A stretch of DNA of 64,000 nt from Octopus sinensis (taxonomy: Eukaryota), in NCBI RefSeq assembly GCF_006345805.1, contig NC_042997.1, positions 111,290,001 through 111,354,000 of the forward strand, written 5' to 3'. Positions 1 to 12,330 of the stretch are shown here, in pieces (within the stretch, counting starts at the first letter, position 1; each line of letters begins with the position of its first letter). The notes below the pieces were generated by a model, which was not told the origin of the DNA, did not search any database, and was given only the letters and a program-made list of their open reading frames with translations. The translations under genes were made by a program, and so were the position numbers.

Positions 1-335
1 GCACTCTCACATTCTTCTTTTTCTTTTCTTCTTCTTCTTCTTCCCTGCCAAGAATTCACAACGACCCTGAACCCACAAGAGTAAACAAGAGGCAGAGACA
101 GGCAGAAACATGGAAATGCCACTTGTATTTGAACATTATACAAATATTCTTTTAAAAAACTTTTCATTTAATTTTTCCAAAATTTGATTGTTTTCCTTAA
201 CTAGAGTTGAAAAAGTCTCAATGACTGAAACCAGTACTGAAATGTTTTTTATGATAAAATTATTTTAGCATTTTCTACCTTGACTTTTTTTCCATATACA
301 TCAACTTGTGTGTTCCTTTTCGACCTTCTACATAC

Positions 336-366
<31 letters not shown>

Positions 367-594
367 CATATATCATCATCATCATCACCATCTAATATCT
401 ACACAGCCTTGGTTTTTTATCTCATTACATAAAAAATTTTATATACACACGCTGACATATGACCAACGTTGAACCCCTTATTCGCAAAATTACTGAACCC
501 TGGAACTTAACTATAGTCTGTCTATAGCACTTATTCAGCATTACCTGATACCTTTGGGTCTCAATGACACCATTACCTCTTATAACCTATATAT

Positions 595-644
<50 letters not shown>

Positions 645-659
645 TCACATATATACTTT

Positions 660-945
660 TTTATTGTTTTTACTGTTTTGTTCTTACTGTCCTGTTCTTG
701 TTACCGTTTTCACCCACCACAAAAAATCCCAAATTTTAACTAATTTGCTTTGCGGGAAAGAAGTCGCGTCTTGTCCTTACCTTTGAAACACGGAGTAGAT
801 GAAACAGGGACAACTGAAGAAGGGGAATATCCTTGTGTTGTATGTCTTGTTTTCTCTGTTTTTTTTCGTTGTTTGAAAAAAAGTTTGTTTCTATGTTTTC
901 GTTTCTGCTTGTGTTCAACGTTTTTTTTATGTCTTGTACCCATAT
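660..945 (+). mobile_element. Penelope-like terminal (pLTR-type) repeat fragment; second copy inverted at 59905-60075
   Basis: 781-940 aligns with the reverse complement of 59905-60075 (GAAACnnGGAGTAGATnAAACAGGG..ACTGAnGAAGGG..). Both copies abut (TA)n tracts. A weak PLE-like 'LIPLGLND' end motif lies at 530-568. Confidence 0.45.
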
Positions 946-2099
946 ATGCATGTATATATACATATATATGTAGGTATGTACATATATGTATGTATATATG
1001 TATATATTTATATATTATTTATTTTATTAAATGATTGAACGCCATGCATCCTTTTCCAAGTAAGTTTTATCCACATATATATATATATTATTTATTATAT
1101 ATGTAATATATGCTATTTATTATTATATATAGATAGATAGGGAGAGAGAGAGAGAGCAGAGAAAGAAAGAGAGGCGGAGGGAGATGTGCTGGTTCTGAAT
1201 TCTATAGAAAATCTATAGAGATAAACCATATGGATATATATACATACACCCACATATACATACAAGTGGCTAGGAAGCAAATTTATCGCCACACAGCCAC
1301 GCCTGTGCCTATATGTATGTATGTATGCATCTATCTATCTATGTATTTATATCTATATCTATATATATATACACAGACATATGCGCATACAAATATACAC
1401 GCACACACACACATATATATACATATAAATACATACATATACATACATATGGAGTTTTGTACGCATGCTAGTAATTAAACGGACCCACGACAACAATAAT
1501 GATAGTTTGGCTAAACTACAAGCTGTACAAATAAAATTATTCCTTTGTTTAGTTTTTTTTTTAAGATTCGAATACGAGAAATTGAAGTCCACGTGACATC
1601 GAAATAGGACAAAGAGGACAGGATCATCAGATGACAAAAGTAGTGTGTGTGTGTGTGTGTGAGGCATATTGGTCGAGATTCGCTGCAACTGGTGTTTGCT
1701 TTTAATTCGGTGAAAACGTCGCTGAAATATAGAAGCGGCGATTTTTATGGTAAGCAAGAAGAATGTAAACAGATCGCACACACACACACATGCATGCACA
1801 CATACGTACATACACTTATTCACAGATGTACTCACAAACACACACACATTCACGCGCCTGCACACATTCACATCCACACATTAGCGCACACACAAACACA
1901 TTCACTTATATACACGCAACACATCTACATACATACATAAATACATACACATTGACACACATACATACACTTTCACACACATACACGCTCATTCACACAT
2001 TCGCGTACACACAAACACATTCACTTATATATACACAACACATCTACATACATACATAAATACTTACACATTCACACACACATACATGCACATTCACAC

Positions 2100-2132
<33 letters not shown>

Positions 2133-2844
2133 CATACATACACGCACATTCACACACGCGTGCACAACCCCCCCCCCCCAACACACACACCTACATAAAC
2201 CTACGCACACACCTACTCGCGCGCGCACACACTTGTCTCCGTCCACTAATAGTACATGTGAACTTGACTCTTCCTTACCAATATATCCAGTTTCCAGCAT
2301 CGTTCAGTGACTGCAATGTTTACATGTGTGTTTGACGAGTGTATAGTAACCTATTGTAATGTAGAAGGTTCTATAGAGATCCGTAGGGATGTCAGGGTCT
2401 ATACAATGTTGAATATATTATTCTAGGGTAGATATTGTAGCGGTGATATTGGAGTTGGGTATCGCCGTTTTGTTTTATAACGGTGTATAACGATGTTATT
2501 TTATAACAGGTTGTATAGTGATGTGTATACACAAGGGTGTATGATAGGTTATATAGACGTCTGGTATGTATGATAGGGTGTATGATGGTGTTCTACGCAT
2601 TGTAGGATGTATACATGCATAGCAAGATGTATGTGTAATAGGGTGTATAGCAATGAAGTATGTTTAATAGGGTGTATCGTGTGTGTGTATGTCCTTGTGC
2701 CCCCATCACCGCTTGACAACCGGTGCTGGTGTGTTTACGTCCCCCGTTAGCTAGCGGTTCGTCAAAATAGATTGATAGAATAAGTACCCGGCATTAAAGG
2801 GAAAAAGTCCTGGGTGTAATTCGTTGGACTAAAAATTCTTCATG

Positions 2845-3218
2845 GTGTGGCTGTGTGGTAAGAAGTTTGCTTCCCAGCCACATGGTTCCAGGTTCAGTCC
2901 CACCGCGTGACACGTTAGGCAAGTGTCTTCCACTACAGCCTTGGGCTGACCAAACGCTTGTGAGTGGATTTGATTGACGGAAACTGAAAGAAGCCCATCC
3001 TATGTGTGTGTGTGTGGGTTGTGTCTGTGTTTGTCCCTCCATCATCACTTGACACCCAGTGTTGGTATGCTTTCGCCCCCCGTAACTTATCGGTTCGGCA
3101 AAAGACATCGATAGAAGTACTAGGCTTTAAAAAAGTCCTGGGGTCGAATTGTTCAGCAAAGACACTTTAAGGCGGTGCTCCAGCATGGCTACAGCCAAAT
3201 GACTAAAACAGATAAAAG
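2845..3218 (+). mobile_element. Bipartite tRNA/CORE-type SINE (family A), full copy; extra 3' half at 2690-2830
   Basis: A box TGGCTGTGTGG, B box GGTTCAGTCCC, CORE-like TTAGGCAAGTGTCTT, internal (TG)n spacer, 3' module ending GACTAAAACA. Resembles the octopus OR-type CORE-SINEs. Confidence 0.85.
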
Positions 3219-3227
3219 AATATATAT

Positions 3228-3652
3228 GAATCTTTTCGGTTTGAACAGCAGTTTTTCTAGTGGTGTCATATGAAATTGTCACCCATAATTATGACCCTAG
3301 TATCGATCTATTGCATTTCAATCTATTTTAGGGTTAGAGTTAGTTAGGGTTAGGGGTGGGGGGAAGGGTATCGTTTTTCGTCAGAAATGTAAATAAACCC
3401 AATCTGTTTCTTAAACAAGGGACATATTCATACGGCACAGAATGCTTTTTACGTCAATAGATGTCAGTGATTGGTTGAAATTGAAGAAATTGAAGAAAAA
3501 AAACAACAAATATCTTACAAATTATAGAATTTTCTCAATAAAGCCAAGAGAAAAAGATGTTTTATAAACGCATTCTACCAGTATACGAAGTTTAAAATTT
3601 TTTAGTTACCTAGAAATTATGTTAAAAACTACCGTTCAAACCGAAAAGATTA
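3228..3652 (-). mobile_element. Non-autonomous DNA transposon, GGATCTTTTCGGTTTGAAC TIR family (Merlin-like)
   Basis: TIRs at both ends, flanked by ATATATAT. It is the reverse-orientation homolog of 31719-32136. Confidence 0.8.
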
Positions 3653-3724
3653 TATATATAAAATCGCCCAACCCATGCTAGCGTGGAAAGCGGTGGTTAA
3701 ACGATGATGATGATGATATATATA

Positions 3725-3926
3725 ATTCTTTTATTTGTTTCAGTCATTTGACTGTGGCCATGCTGGGGCACTGCCTTCAGTCGAACAAATCGATCCCAGG
3801 ACTTATTCTTTGCAAGCCTAGTACTTATTCTATTGGTCTCTTTGGTCAAACCACTAAGTTACGGGGACATAAACACACCAGCATCGGTTGTCAAGCAATC
3901 TCGGTGGGGACAAATACAAACACACA

Positions 3927-3984
<58 letters not shown>

Positions 3985-4158
3985 ACATGTATAAATATGA
4001 CGAGCTTCTTTCAGTTTCCGTCTACCAAATCCACTCACAAGGCTTTGGTTGGCCCGAGGCTATAGTAGAAGACACTTGCTGACAGTACCACACTGTGGAA
4101 CTGAACTTGGAACTATGTGGTTGGTAAGCAAGCTAATTACCACACAGCCACACCAATG
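3725..4158 (-). mobile_element. SINE family A, full copy with (TA)n spacer
   Basis: Reverse complement of the family A consensus over both halves. Confidence 0.85.
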
Positions 4159-4255
4159 CCTATATATATTTAGATTCAGTTGAATTAGGTACTTAAATCA
4201 AGGCACCTTGTCAGGATGAATTTATTTGCACACTCAGATAATATTAAGTAAGTAT

Positions 4256-4472
4256 CAAGGCAGCGAGCTGGCAAAGATGATAGCACATCGGGTAAAATGC
4301 TTAGCGGTACTTTGTCTGTCTATGTTCTGAGTTCAAATTCTGCCAAGGTCGACTTTGCTTTTCATCTTTACAGGGTTGATAAATTAAGTACCAGTTGCAT
4401 ACTGGAATCAAGCTAAGCGAATTTCCCCCCCTCCCTCCAAAATTTTGGGCCTTGTGCCTAGAGTACAAAAGA
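4256..4472 (+). mobile_element. tRNA-derived SINE family B
   Basis: AAGGCAGCGAGCTGGCA head, B box GAGTTCAAATTC, GTCGACTTTGCTTTTCATC core. Homologous to 14978-15196. Confidence 0.85.
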
Positions 4473-4984
4473 CAATATTAGGTGAGTATCAAACTCTGCA
4501 TGGAACTTTTTTCACCCAATATTTTGCAGTGTCTGCAGATGGCACAATCCAACTTAGCAAATAAATCCACCCTTGTTTGTTCAGATATAGACTTTATATA
4601 AAGATACCTTCCATCATACTTCCAAAATGCAGATTCCATGGTACACACACAAACACATGCGCGTGCGCGCACACACATGTATATATCTTCTTGTAAGACC
4701 CATTGCACTGTTGTTCTGAGATGCATCATTAGCGATGGTTTCTGCTGTCTTCAAAGTTTTCGGGTCTTCCAACAGCAGACTTCTTTGTCCAGTCTGTCCA
4801 ACTTGCTAACGATTCTGCCAGCTTACCATTTGAATGGCAATAATAATCCTTTTTAATATAGACCTGAAATTTTGAGGGAAGTGTCTTGTCAAAGACCTCA
4901 ACATCAAGCTAGACAAAGAGCTACTGTGCACTTTATCGGTCATTTTATTGCCACAATTCTGCCAGCTTGCCACCATTACAATAA

Positions 4985-5362
4985 TAATAATAAACGTCTC
5001 TACTATAGGCACAAGGCCTGAAATTGTGGTGGTGGGGAGAGACTAGTCGATTACATCGACCCCAGCACTTAACTGGTACTTATTTCTTTGGCCCAGAACT
5101 CATAACGTAAAGAGGGATTGAAATGCCAGTAAGCATTTTAACCAGCATACTGACGAATAATGGTTTCAAATTTTGTCAGAAGGGCAACAATTTTGGGAGA
5201 GGGTATGAGTTGATTACATCGACCCCTGTGTTCAACTGGTACTTAATTTATTGACCCCAAAATGATGAAAGGTAAAGTCGACCTAGGCAGAATTTGAACT
5301 CAGAATGTAGCAATGGGCGAAATACTGCTAAGCATTTCGTTCAGCGTGCTAACGATTCTGCC
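4985..5362 (-). mobile_element. Two tandem decayed SINE family B copies
   Basis: Two successive reverse-complement matches (TACATCGACCCC..AACTGGTACTT..GAACTCAGAA). Confidence 0.7.
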
Positions 5363-6002
5363 AATGACGACGGCAACAATGATGATGATGAAATGACAAT
5401 GATGATGATGATGATGATGACGACGATGATGATGATGACGACGATGATGATGATGATGACAGTGGTGGCATCAACAGCAGCAGTAGTAGTGGTGGTGGTG
5501 GTGGTTTCTTTCATTCACCAGAGGAACAGCATCAGGTGAGGGGTACATTACACACACCGTTTACACTTTGTGAGGGGGTTTATTTAAAAAAAAAGGAGAG
5601 AAAAAGGAACAAGAGGAAGCAAATGAGATACAAATTATCCAAATTATGTGAACTTACTGATGATGCGGTCCTCCTGACACAGGAGAACCTCCAACAAGGG
5701 CCCAAGATCCCAAATCACTCTAACTATGAAGGTCACAAGCCCTCGCCTAACTGCAGATCTCCAATCTGCAAGTGCATGCTTGGAGTAGATTCAGTCACCC
5801 AAACCATTTTTACTACAGTCACACCCCGACCCCTTGATAAATTCACCAGAAGGGGGCCCTTTCATCTCCACTCGCACTTTCCTTTCCCGAGAGGAACTTT
5901 AAAATGTTGAACGAGTGTATATTTGAGTAAGGTCAGCCCCCAGTCTATGATGGCACCGATAATGCCCTCTACAATATATATGTGTGTGTGTGTGTGTGTG
6001 TA

Positions 6003-6340
6003 TAGGTGCAGGCGTGGCTTTGTGGTAAGAAGTTTGCTTTCCAAACTCATGGTTCCTGGTTCAGTCCCACTGCGTGACACCTAGGACAAGTATGTCCTAC
6101 TAAAGCCTCAGGCCGAACAAACCTTTCAGAGTGGATTTACTAACTGGAAAGTGAAAGAAGCTTGTCTTACACGTGTGTGTGTGCATGATTGTGTATGTAT
6201 GTGTGTGTGCAGGTGTGTGTATGAGTGTGTGTGAGTGTGTGTGAGTTTGCCCCCACCGCATGAGAACCAGTGTACTTGTGTTTATTACCCTGTAAATTAA
6301 CAGTTTGGTAAATACCTCTAAATCACACCCCTTAAAAAGG
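6003..6340 (+). mobile_element. SINE family A, decayed
   Basis: 5' half with A/B boxes, (TG)n spacer, partial 3' half. Confidence 0.7.
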
Positions 6341-6369
6341 AGCACACACAATAGATAATGTACTCCTAG

Positions 6370-6580
6370 ATACACAATGTCTGAAAAAAGAAAGACTGGA
6401 TGGCCACAGTTGGGATATCTAACAAAAGGAAAAGACTGTTTGGAGAATGTTTTTGCATGAAAAGAAATTAACATTACCAAGCTGTAAGGTAACCCTAGGT
6501 AGACTATGCCATGACAAAAATTCAGAATTGTCACAGCTGGAAGATCTTTGACCATAGATTTCATGTGTCAGAGCTGACCT
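6370..6580 (-). mobile_element. L2/CR1-group LINE ORF2 C-terminal remnant
   Basis: Translation YGQRSSSCDNSEFLSWHSLP..LQL..FFSCKNILQTVF resembles the CR1/L2 end motif (GxRSFS..WNSLP..FK..LKT.LF). Confidence 0.45.
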
Positions 6581-6951
6581 GGGGCTAAACGACATCCAAC
6601 ACATGGTTGGGGGGTGGGGCCACATTATAAGATGACCATCTGTGTCACCCTAACTCTGCATCCACCCTTATCTATGACATCCATCCCACCAAAGGCAGTC
6701 AGTTGGCCATCTACCCTTATCTATGGACATCTGTCCCCTGACCCATGCCACACAGTCCATCCATTCAGCCCTTATCTTTCTCCCTGCTGACCTCTCACTC
6801 CAGTCCACCATTTACCCATCACCCTTGACCTTTGACCCCTCTCCCCTCACATCTCTTTTGCATTTACAAATATTTAACCTATTTCTTTCATTTCATCTTG
6901 TGATTCATTTCTCATTTCTTCCTCTTTCATTGTTTTCTCCTCTTACACTCT

Positions 6952-6987
<36 letters not shown>

Positions 6988-7146
6988 TCACTCTCTTCTG
7001 TTCTTTCTCTCTCTCTCTCTTCCTCCTTTTTCGTTCTGTCCATCCTTCTCTCATTCTTTCCTTCTTTTCTTCATTCTTTATCTATCTGTCTGTGTATGTG
7101 TATATGTATGAATGTATGTATGTATCTCTCCATCCATTCATCCACC

Positions 7147-7147
<1 letters not shown>

Positions 7148-7220
<73 letters not shown>

Positions 7221-7302
7221 TTATCTATCTGTCTGTCTGTCTATCAATCTACCTCCACTCCCTCTCCTATCTGTTTATCTACTGCCTTTCTCTCTCTCTC
7301 CT

Positions 7303-7373
<71 letters not shown>

Positions 7374-7375
7374 GT
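7148..7375. repeat. (TCTA)n microsatellites within a pyrimidine-rich tract (6900-7375)
   Basis: Direct reading. Confidence 0.95.
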
Positions 7376-7999
7376 CTATTCATCTACACCAGTCCAGTCT
7401 GTTTACATTTCACCTCCACCACAATCGCTTCTCCTCGAGGCCACCAATCTCTCTTTCAATGTCTCGAACACACAAACACAGTCACCTGCCACCGATGCAC
7501 ACCCTCACATAACAACATGCACATCTGATTGCATCATACATCTGCTGCAACACACACTCGCTGCACACTTTACTCATCATACACTAATATGCACACCACT
7601 TCCCTCCACTCTCCTTGTGCCCCCTTCTTTCTTAACCAAGCTCTTTCTCTTTCTCACTCTTTTTACCACCACCACCCTCACACACATGCCCACATACACA
7701 TGCATATGCCAGCTTAGATGCATAAACAAAAGCTATGCAATGTATATACACACACACATGTTCACGTAAACACATATAGATACAAGTGTTCACTGCATAT
7801 ACACACACATGTGTACATACAAACACATATATACATACATGTTTAATATGCACATCATATGTGCACATATATACATCTATCTAGAGCAGGTAAAATTCCC
7901 GAGATTCTTTTCAATGGCTGATAATACTTTATCGGCTCCACTTGTGTATGGTAATTATTTAACCCACAAATGGGGCCCTAACAGGTACTACTACTCCAG

Positions 8000-8523
8000 G
8001 GAGCCATGAAATTTTTTTCCCACGACAGTTTTGGATCCCAGTTATGAACTCATTTACATACAGCCAATCAGAGCTCAGCTATCAAACTAATTCATGAGTG
8101 CATAACAAGTGACAGGTGATAAGGTAAGATCACTTGGGTAAGGAATGAGCATGTGTCTTTTCTCTTTTAAGAATGCTTGTTGTTCTTGTTCTTGTTTCAA
8201 CCATGGCTGCCTCTGTGTTGCTGTTTACTTTGTCAAACAGTAAGGGGAGAGGGTTGCCAGCACATCACCCTCTACCCACATCTTTACCATATGGGGCCCT
8301 AACAAAATCCGATAATAGTATCAGTGCAAATCTATCTAATTACTTGTCTCCTTCTAAAATCAGGCATAACTTGGTGACTGGTCGACTTACAACACTGTTC
8401 TCCGTCTTGAGTTTACTTGGTTTTTACTTGACAACCAGGTGAAAGTGAGCTCTGATTGGCTGTATGCAAATGAGTTCATTACTGGGCTCCGGGACTTTTG
8501 TGGGGAAAAAAAATTTAACCTCC
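8000..8523. mobile_element. MITE with ~75-bp TIRs inserted in an older repeat
   Basis: 8000-8077 is the inverted repeat of 8446-8523. The flanks rejoin as ACTACTCC|GGGCCAGAG. Confidence 0.7.
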
Positions 8524-8661
8524 GGGCCAGAGCAGACCTGAGAGTGATGACAACTAAGGGGTAACTCCACATTCCCCACAGTTCCTGACTCCTAAACTGG
8601 AGCCTTGCCACTGGATGCAGTTTCTTATACCCAGGACGCATGCATGTATGTATATATGAAC

Positions 8662-8732
<71 letters not shown>

Positions 8733-8737
8733 CATAC

Positions 8738-9055
8738 TAGCACTTGTGCTGGTGGCATGTGAAATATTCGAGCGAGCTTGTCGCCAGTACCGCTGGACTG
8801 GCTCCTGTGCAGGTAGCACATAAAAAGCACCATTTGGGTGTGGCCGTTGCCAGTACCACGAAACTGGCCCTCGTGCCAGTAGCACATAAAAGCACCCACT
8901 ACACTCTCGGAATGGTTGGCGTTAGGAAGGGCATCTAGCTGTAGAAACTCTCCCAGATCAGATTGGAGTCTGGTTCGCCAGACCTCAGTCAAAATCGTCC
9001 AACCCATGCTAGCATGGAAAGCGGATGTTAAATGATGATGATGATGATGATGATG
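8738..9055 (+). mobile_element. RTE-like LINE 3' UTR fragment (family C) with (GAT)n tail
   Basis: Ends CCCATGCTAGCATGGAAAGCGGATGTTAAA(TGA)n. Homologous to 9318-9822 and 60500-60977. Confidence 0.8.
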
Positions 9056-9317
9056 ACACACACACATATAATACATTTATATGTGATTGTATATATACAT
9101 CAAGTCAGGAAGAATGAGAGGTGAGAGTATTTTATTTATTTGACCACATGAAATCTTTAGGATTACAGCCGTTTTGCAACTTTCTTCATGTATAAATTTC
9201 AGAGTAGAAGAAATTGTGCATACATGTTTGCATTAATGTGTATGCACAGTATTATACAATACATAACTGTATATTCATAAATCAATGCAAATCCCTTAAT
9301 GTTTTGTATATATATAT

Positions 9318-9822
9318 CATCATCATCATCATCATCGTTTAACGTCCACTTTCCATGCTAGCATGGGTTGGACGGTTCAACTGGGGTCTGGGAAGCCCAG
9401 GGCTGCACCAGGCCAGTCAGATCTGGCAGTGTTTCTACAGCTGGATGCCCTTCCTAACGCCAACCACTCCGTGAGTGTAGTGGGTGCTTTTTATGTGCCA
9501 CCGACACAGGTGCCAGATGAGGCTGGCGAACGGCCACCAGCACGGAGGCCAGTCGATGCGGTACTGGCTACAGCCATGTTCGGATGGTTTTCTTATGTGC
9601 CACCGGCACTGGTACCACAAAACTACAAATTCCATTGACGTTCGTTGATCGATTTCGATTTTGATTTGATTTTCACTTGCCTCAACAGGTCTTCACAAGT
9701 AGAGTTATGTGTCCCAAGAAAGAAGGTATGCACAGGTGGACTGACTACGTCCCAGGTAGGGGCCATGGGTTATGGCCTCACTTGTCCTGCCGGGTCTTCT
9801 TGCGCACAGCATACTTCCAGAG
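9318..9822 (-). mobile_element. 5'-truncated RTE-like LINE (family C): last ORF codons plus full 3' UTR
   Basis: The minus strand reads LWKYAVRKKTRQDK* (9822-9778), then a UTR with GTGCCGGTGGCAC modules and a (GAT)n tail. Confidence 0.75.
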
Positions 9823-9874
9823 TATATATATATATATATACATACACACACACACACATACATAATACATATAT

Positions 9875-10730
9875 AGTTGGAACTGACAAAAAAAACAAAA
9901 GATGAAGACAGGTGTGTAAACAACAAACAGGTATATTAGTTTAACACTTGGGAAGGTGAGAAAGCCTTTTACGTTTTGAGCCTACGCTCTTCAACAGAAA
10001 GGAACACAAGAAAAACAGAGGGAATAAAAAAAGCTTTAGTGGCTAGCAGTCAATTATGGCCATGGCCGGACAGAGGTGGTCAGACAGGAGAGCTAAGGAG
10101 AAGGGAAGATAATAAAGTAGAGCTGATCCCAAAACAAAGGTGCATGTGTGTGTGTGTGTGAGAGCGTGTGTGTGGATGTAGATGGGGCTGGTGAACTTAA
10201 TGTGTCGGTGTGTGCATGTGTAAGTGTGTGGATGATGGTGTGGGTGCTGGGAAGTGGTCAGTGCTAGTGTGTATGGGGTAATGTGGTGTGGTAACGTTGG
10301 GATGTAGGGGTGGGGGATGGAAGGGTGGAGTGTAGGGTATGTGGGATATGTGGGACTGGGATGTATAGGGATGGTGGAGTTGAGATGTGTAGGGTTAGGG
10401 TTAGGGTTAGCAATGGAGGGGACCATGAAGGAAGATGGTCGATGGGAGAAGGTGGGTAGGTGTGAAGAGAGGAAGTAGATGTCAGAGCAAGAGAGAAGAG
10501 GAGAGGTGGGAGTAAAGAGAGGAGAGAGGAGGGGAGTTAGATGAAGGGGGTTGGAGAGTTGAACCCATGTGGTGCAAAGGAGCGAAGAGAGAAGATTACT
10601 TCCTGTTCATGGTGAAGAAGGGAGTTCGGATGGCCCCTGTGCAAGGACAATCCAAACATAAACAGGTGCTGTAAAGAACAACAGGTAGAGCAGAAATGGC
10701 ATAAGACCAAGGTTTCATTGCAAAGGTCTA
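9875..10730 (-). mobile_element. 5'-truncated Penelope-like element: GIY-YIG C-terminus, 3' region and pLTR-type end with hammerhead-like motif
   Basis: 10730-10537 translates HFCSTCCSLQHLFMFGLSLHRGHPNSLLHHEQEVIFSLRSFAPHGFN, matching the PLE endonuclease end pattern (E..IF.L....P.G.N). The terminal part is shared with 42170-42559 and 58335-58500. Confidence 0.8.
9963..10005 (-). ncRNA. Minimal type I hammerhead-like motif, variant core
   Basis: CCUUU-CUGUUGA-A-GAGC(GUAG)GCUC-AAAAC-GUA-AAAGG. G12 appears mutated to A at a CpG. Confidence 0.5.
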
Positions 10731-11183
10731 TATACACACACACACACACATAGATAGATTGATAGATATACACATACATATACAATATCGGAAGTATAGA
10801 CTACTGAATAAAGTAGAGTTTATAAACACACACACACATTTGCACAAATCGAAGACAAAAGAACCATGTCAGATTTGTTGTTGACCGTTTGATGTTTTGG
10901 AAGAAAAACTTGAAAGAACGTGCATGCATGTGCTTGTACACACACACACAGAGGAATATGAAAGTACAGCTCAATTTCCATTATATGCATTTTCATAGAG
11001 TAACCATTTATCCAATAATACATAATATTACGTAACATCACATTCTTATTTGTTAACCACACCGATTCATCAGATGATATCAAACATCTTACAAGTAAAA
11101 TCAGTTTGTGAATATATTTACATCTCCACTACCTCACACACCCGCACGTGCACACCCAACTTTGTGCGTAGGCAGAGACTATA

Positions 11184-11735
11184 CGATGGGTGTTTGAAAA
11201 CCATTAATTATCAGTAAATTGCTCTCTTCAAACCAATTAAAAGGTTTTTATTTGTTTCAAATCCACCGGAGCAGAGAAAATGCTAACACTAAAAATCAAA
11301 AGACATGAAGACATAAAATGCTAACACTAGAAAATCAAAAGACCTGTACAGAATACAGAAATTTAGAGATTGCCAACTTTCTGAATGTTGCAAATTCTTT
11401 ATCGGCAAAGTTTGGATGGGATTGGAAGCTTCAGGCAAGGAGTTTCAACTGTATCGGCGAGGAGTTTCAACTGTATCAAAGAAAAAGATTCTAAAGGTTC
11501 AGACACTATAAGGATACCACAATTTATCCAACAGCTTCAAAATATTTTCGGTGATGATCTCTGAAAATCAATGAGAACCATCGCTAAAGAACTTCAGATT
11601 TCAGAGACAACTATCAGAAGTGTGATGAACAAGGACATTCTAATACAAGTCGTATGTACTGAGCAGGGGCCAATAAACCTCTACTAATACACAGGAAAAC
11701 CGTTTGATCCCTGCAAAGCGGTTCCTTAACAAGGT
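11184..11735 (+). mobile_element. Tc1/mariner (maT-like) transposase 5' remnant
   Basis: TA-CGATGGGTGTTTGAAAA terminus. Translation NLEIANFLNVA..KSMRTIAKELQISETTIRSVMNKDI..KSYVLSRGQ..RLIPAKRFLNK (HTH region, frameshifted). Confidence 0.7.
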
Positions 11736-12194
11736 TTAAAACTCTTACATACATTTCATTAGCATAAGGTGATTATTATTAGTCATATAATGTATATTAC
11801 ATAACCAAGACCTATTGTCAAATCATCAGACATGTGACTTTAATTTATAAATGATTGAATTTGTTGCATAACATTAATGGCATCAATCTGACCAGTCCCT
11901 TGCCAGAGTCATGTAATGGCCACTCTGCAGCAATGTCCAGATGCAATATCGAGAGTATAAAAAAGAATAAAGCTGTGGAATTGAGTGTGGGGAAATGTGA
12001 TAATGATGATGATCATGATGATGAGAATAATGAAAAGCTATGTATTTAGTATTTAAGATGAAGAAAAAAGGTATATTTCCTTTTAACCAACTTGAAACAA
12101 AAAAGGTTTCCTATTTAAAAGGCTGTTTAGAATTGGTTTTATTGAGATGGTGTTGTTTAAGACCATCTGCAATTCCAGGAAGGTTTTGAATTCT

Positions 12195-12330
12195 CACGAG
12201 AATCTTCCATAAAACTTTATTTTTTGATTCACACTTATTGCGGCGCTCCTTCAGTTTTTCTAAGCTCTGTAAAAGTACTCGGAAGGTTGGGCCTCCAGCC
12301 AGGGTGGAATCTGTGACCAGTCTTAAGTAT
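12195..12330 (-). mobile_element. Mariner transposase C-terminal remnant
   Basis: WLEAQPSEYFY / LEKLKERRNKC across a frameshift resembles the mariner C-terminus. Confidence 0.4.

Noticed and set aside
781-830. GAAAC..GUA..CUGAAGA permuted (type II) hammerhead, also at 60030-60075
   Set aside because: Stem I cannot form and stem III is only 2 bp. Kept only as a PLE-like terminal repeat.
4478-4640. Candidate exon MESAFWKYDGRYLYIKS (minus strand)
   Set aside because: No recognisable domain or consistent splice sites. The adjacent 4700-4790 looks like a small mariner-type scrap.
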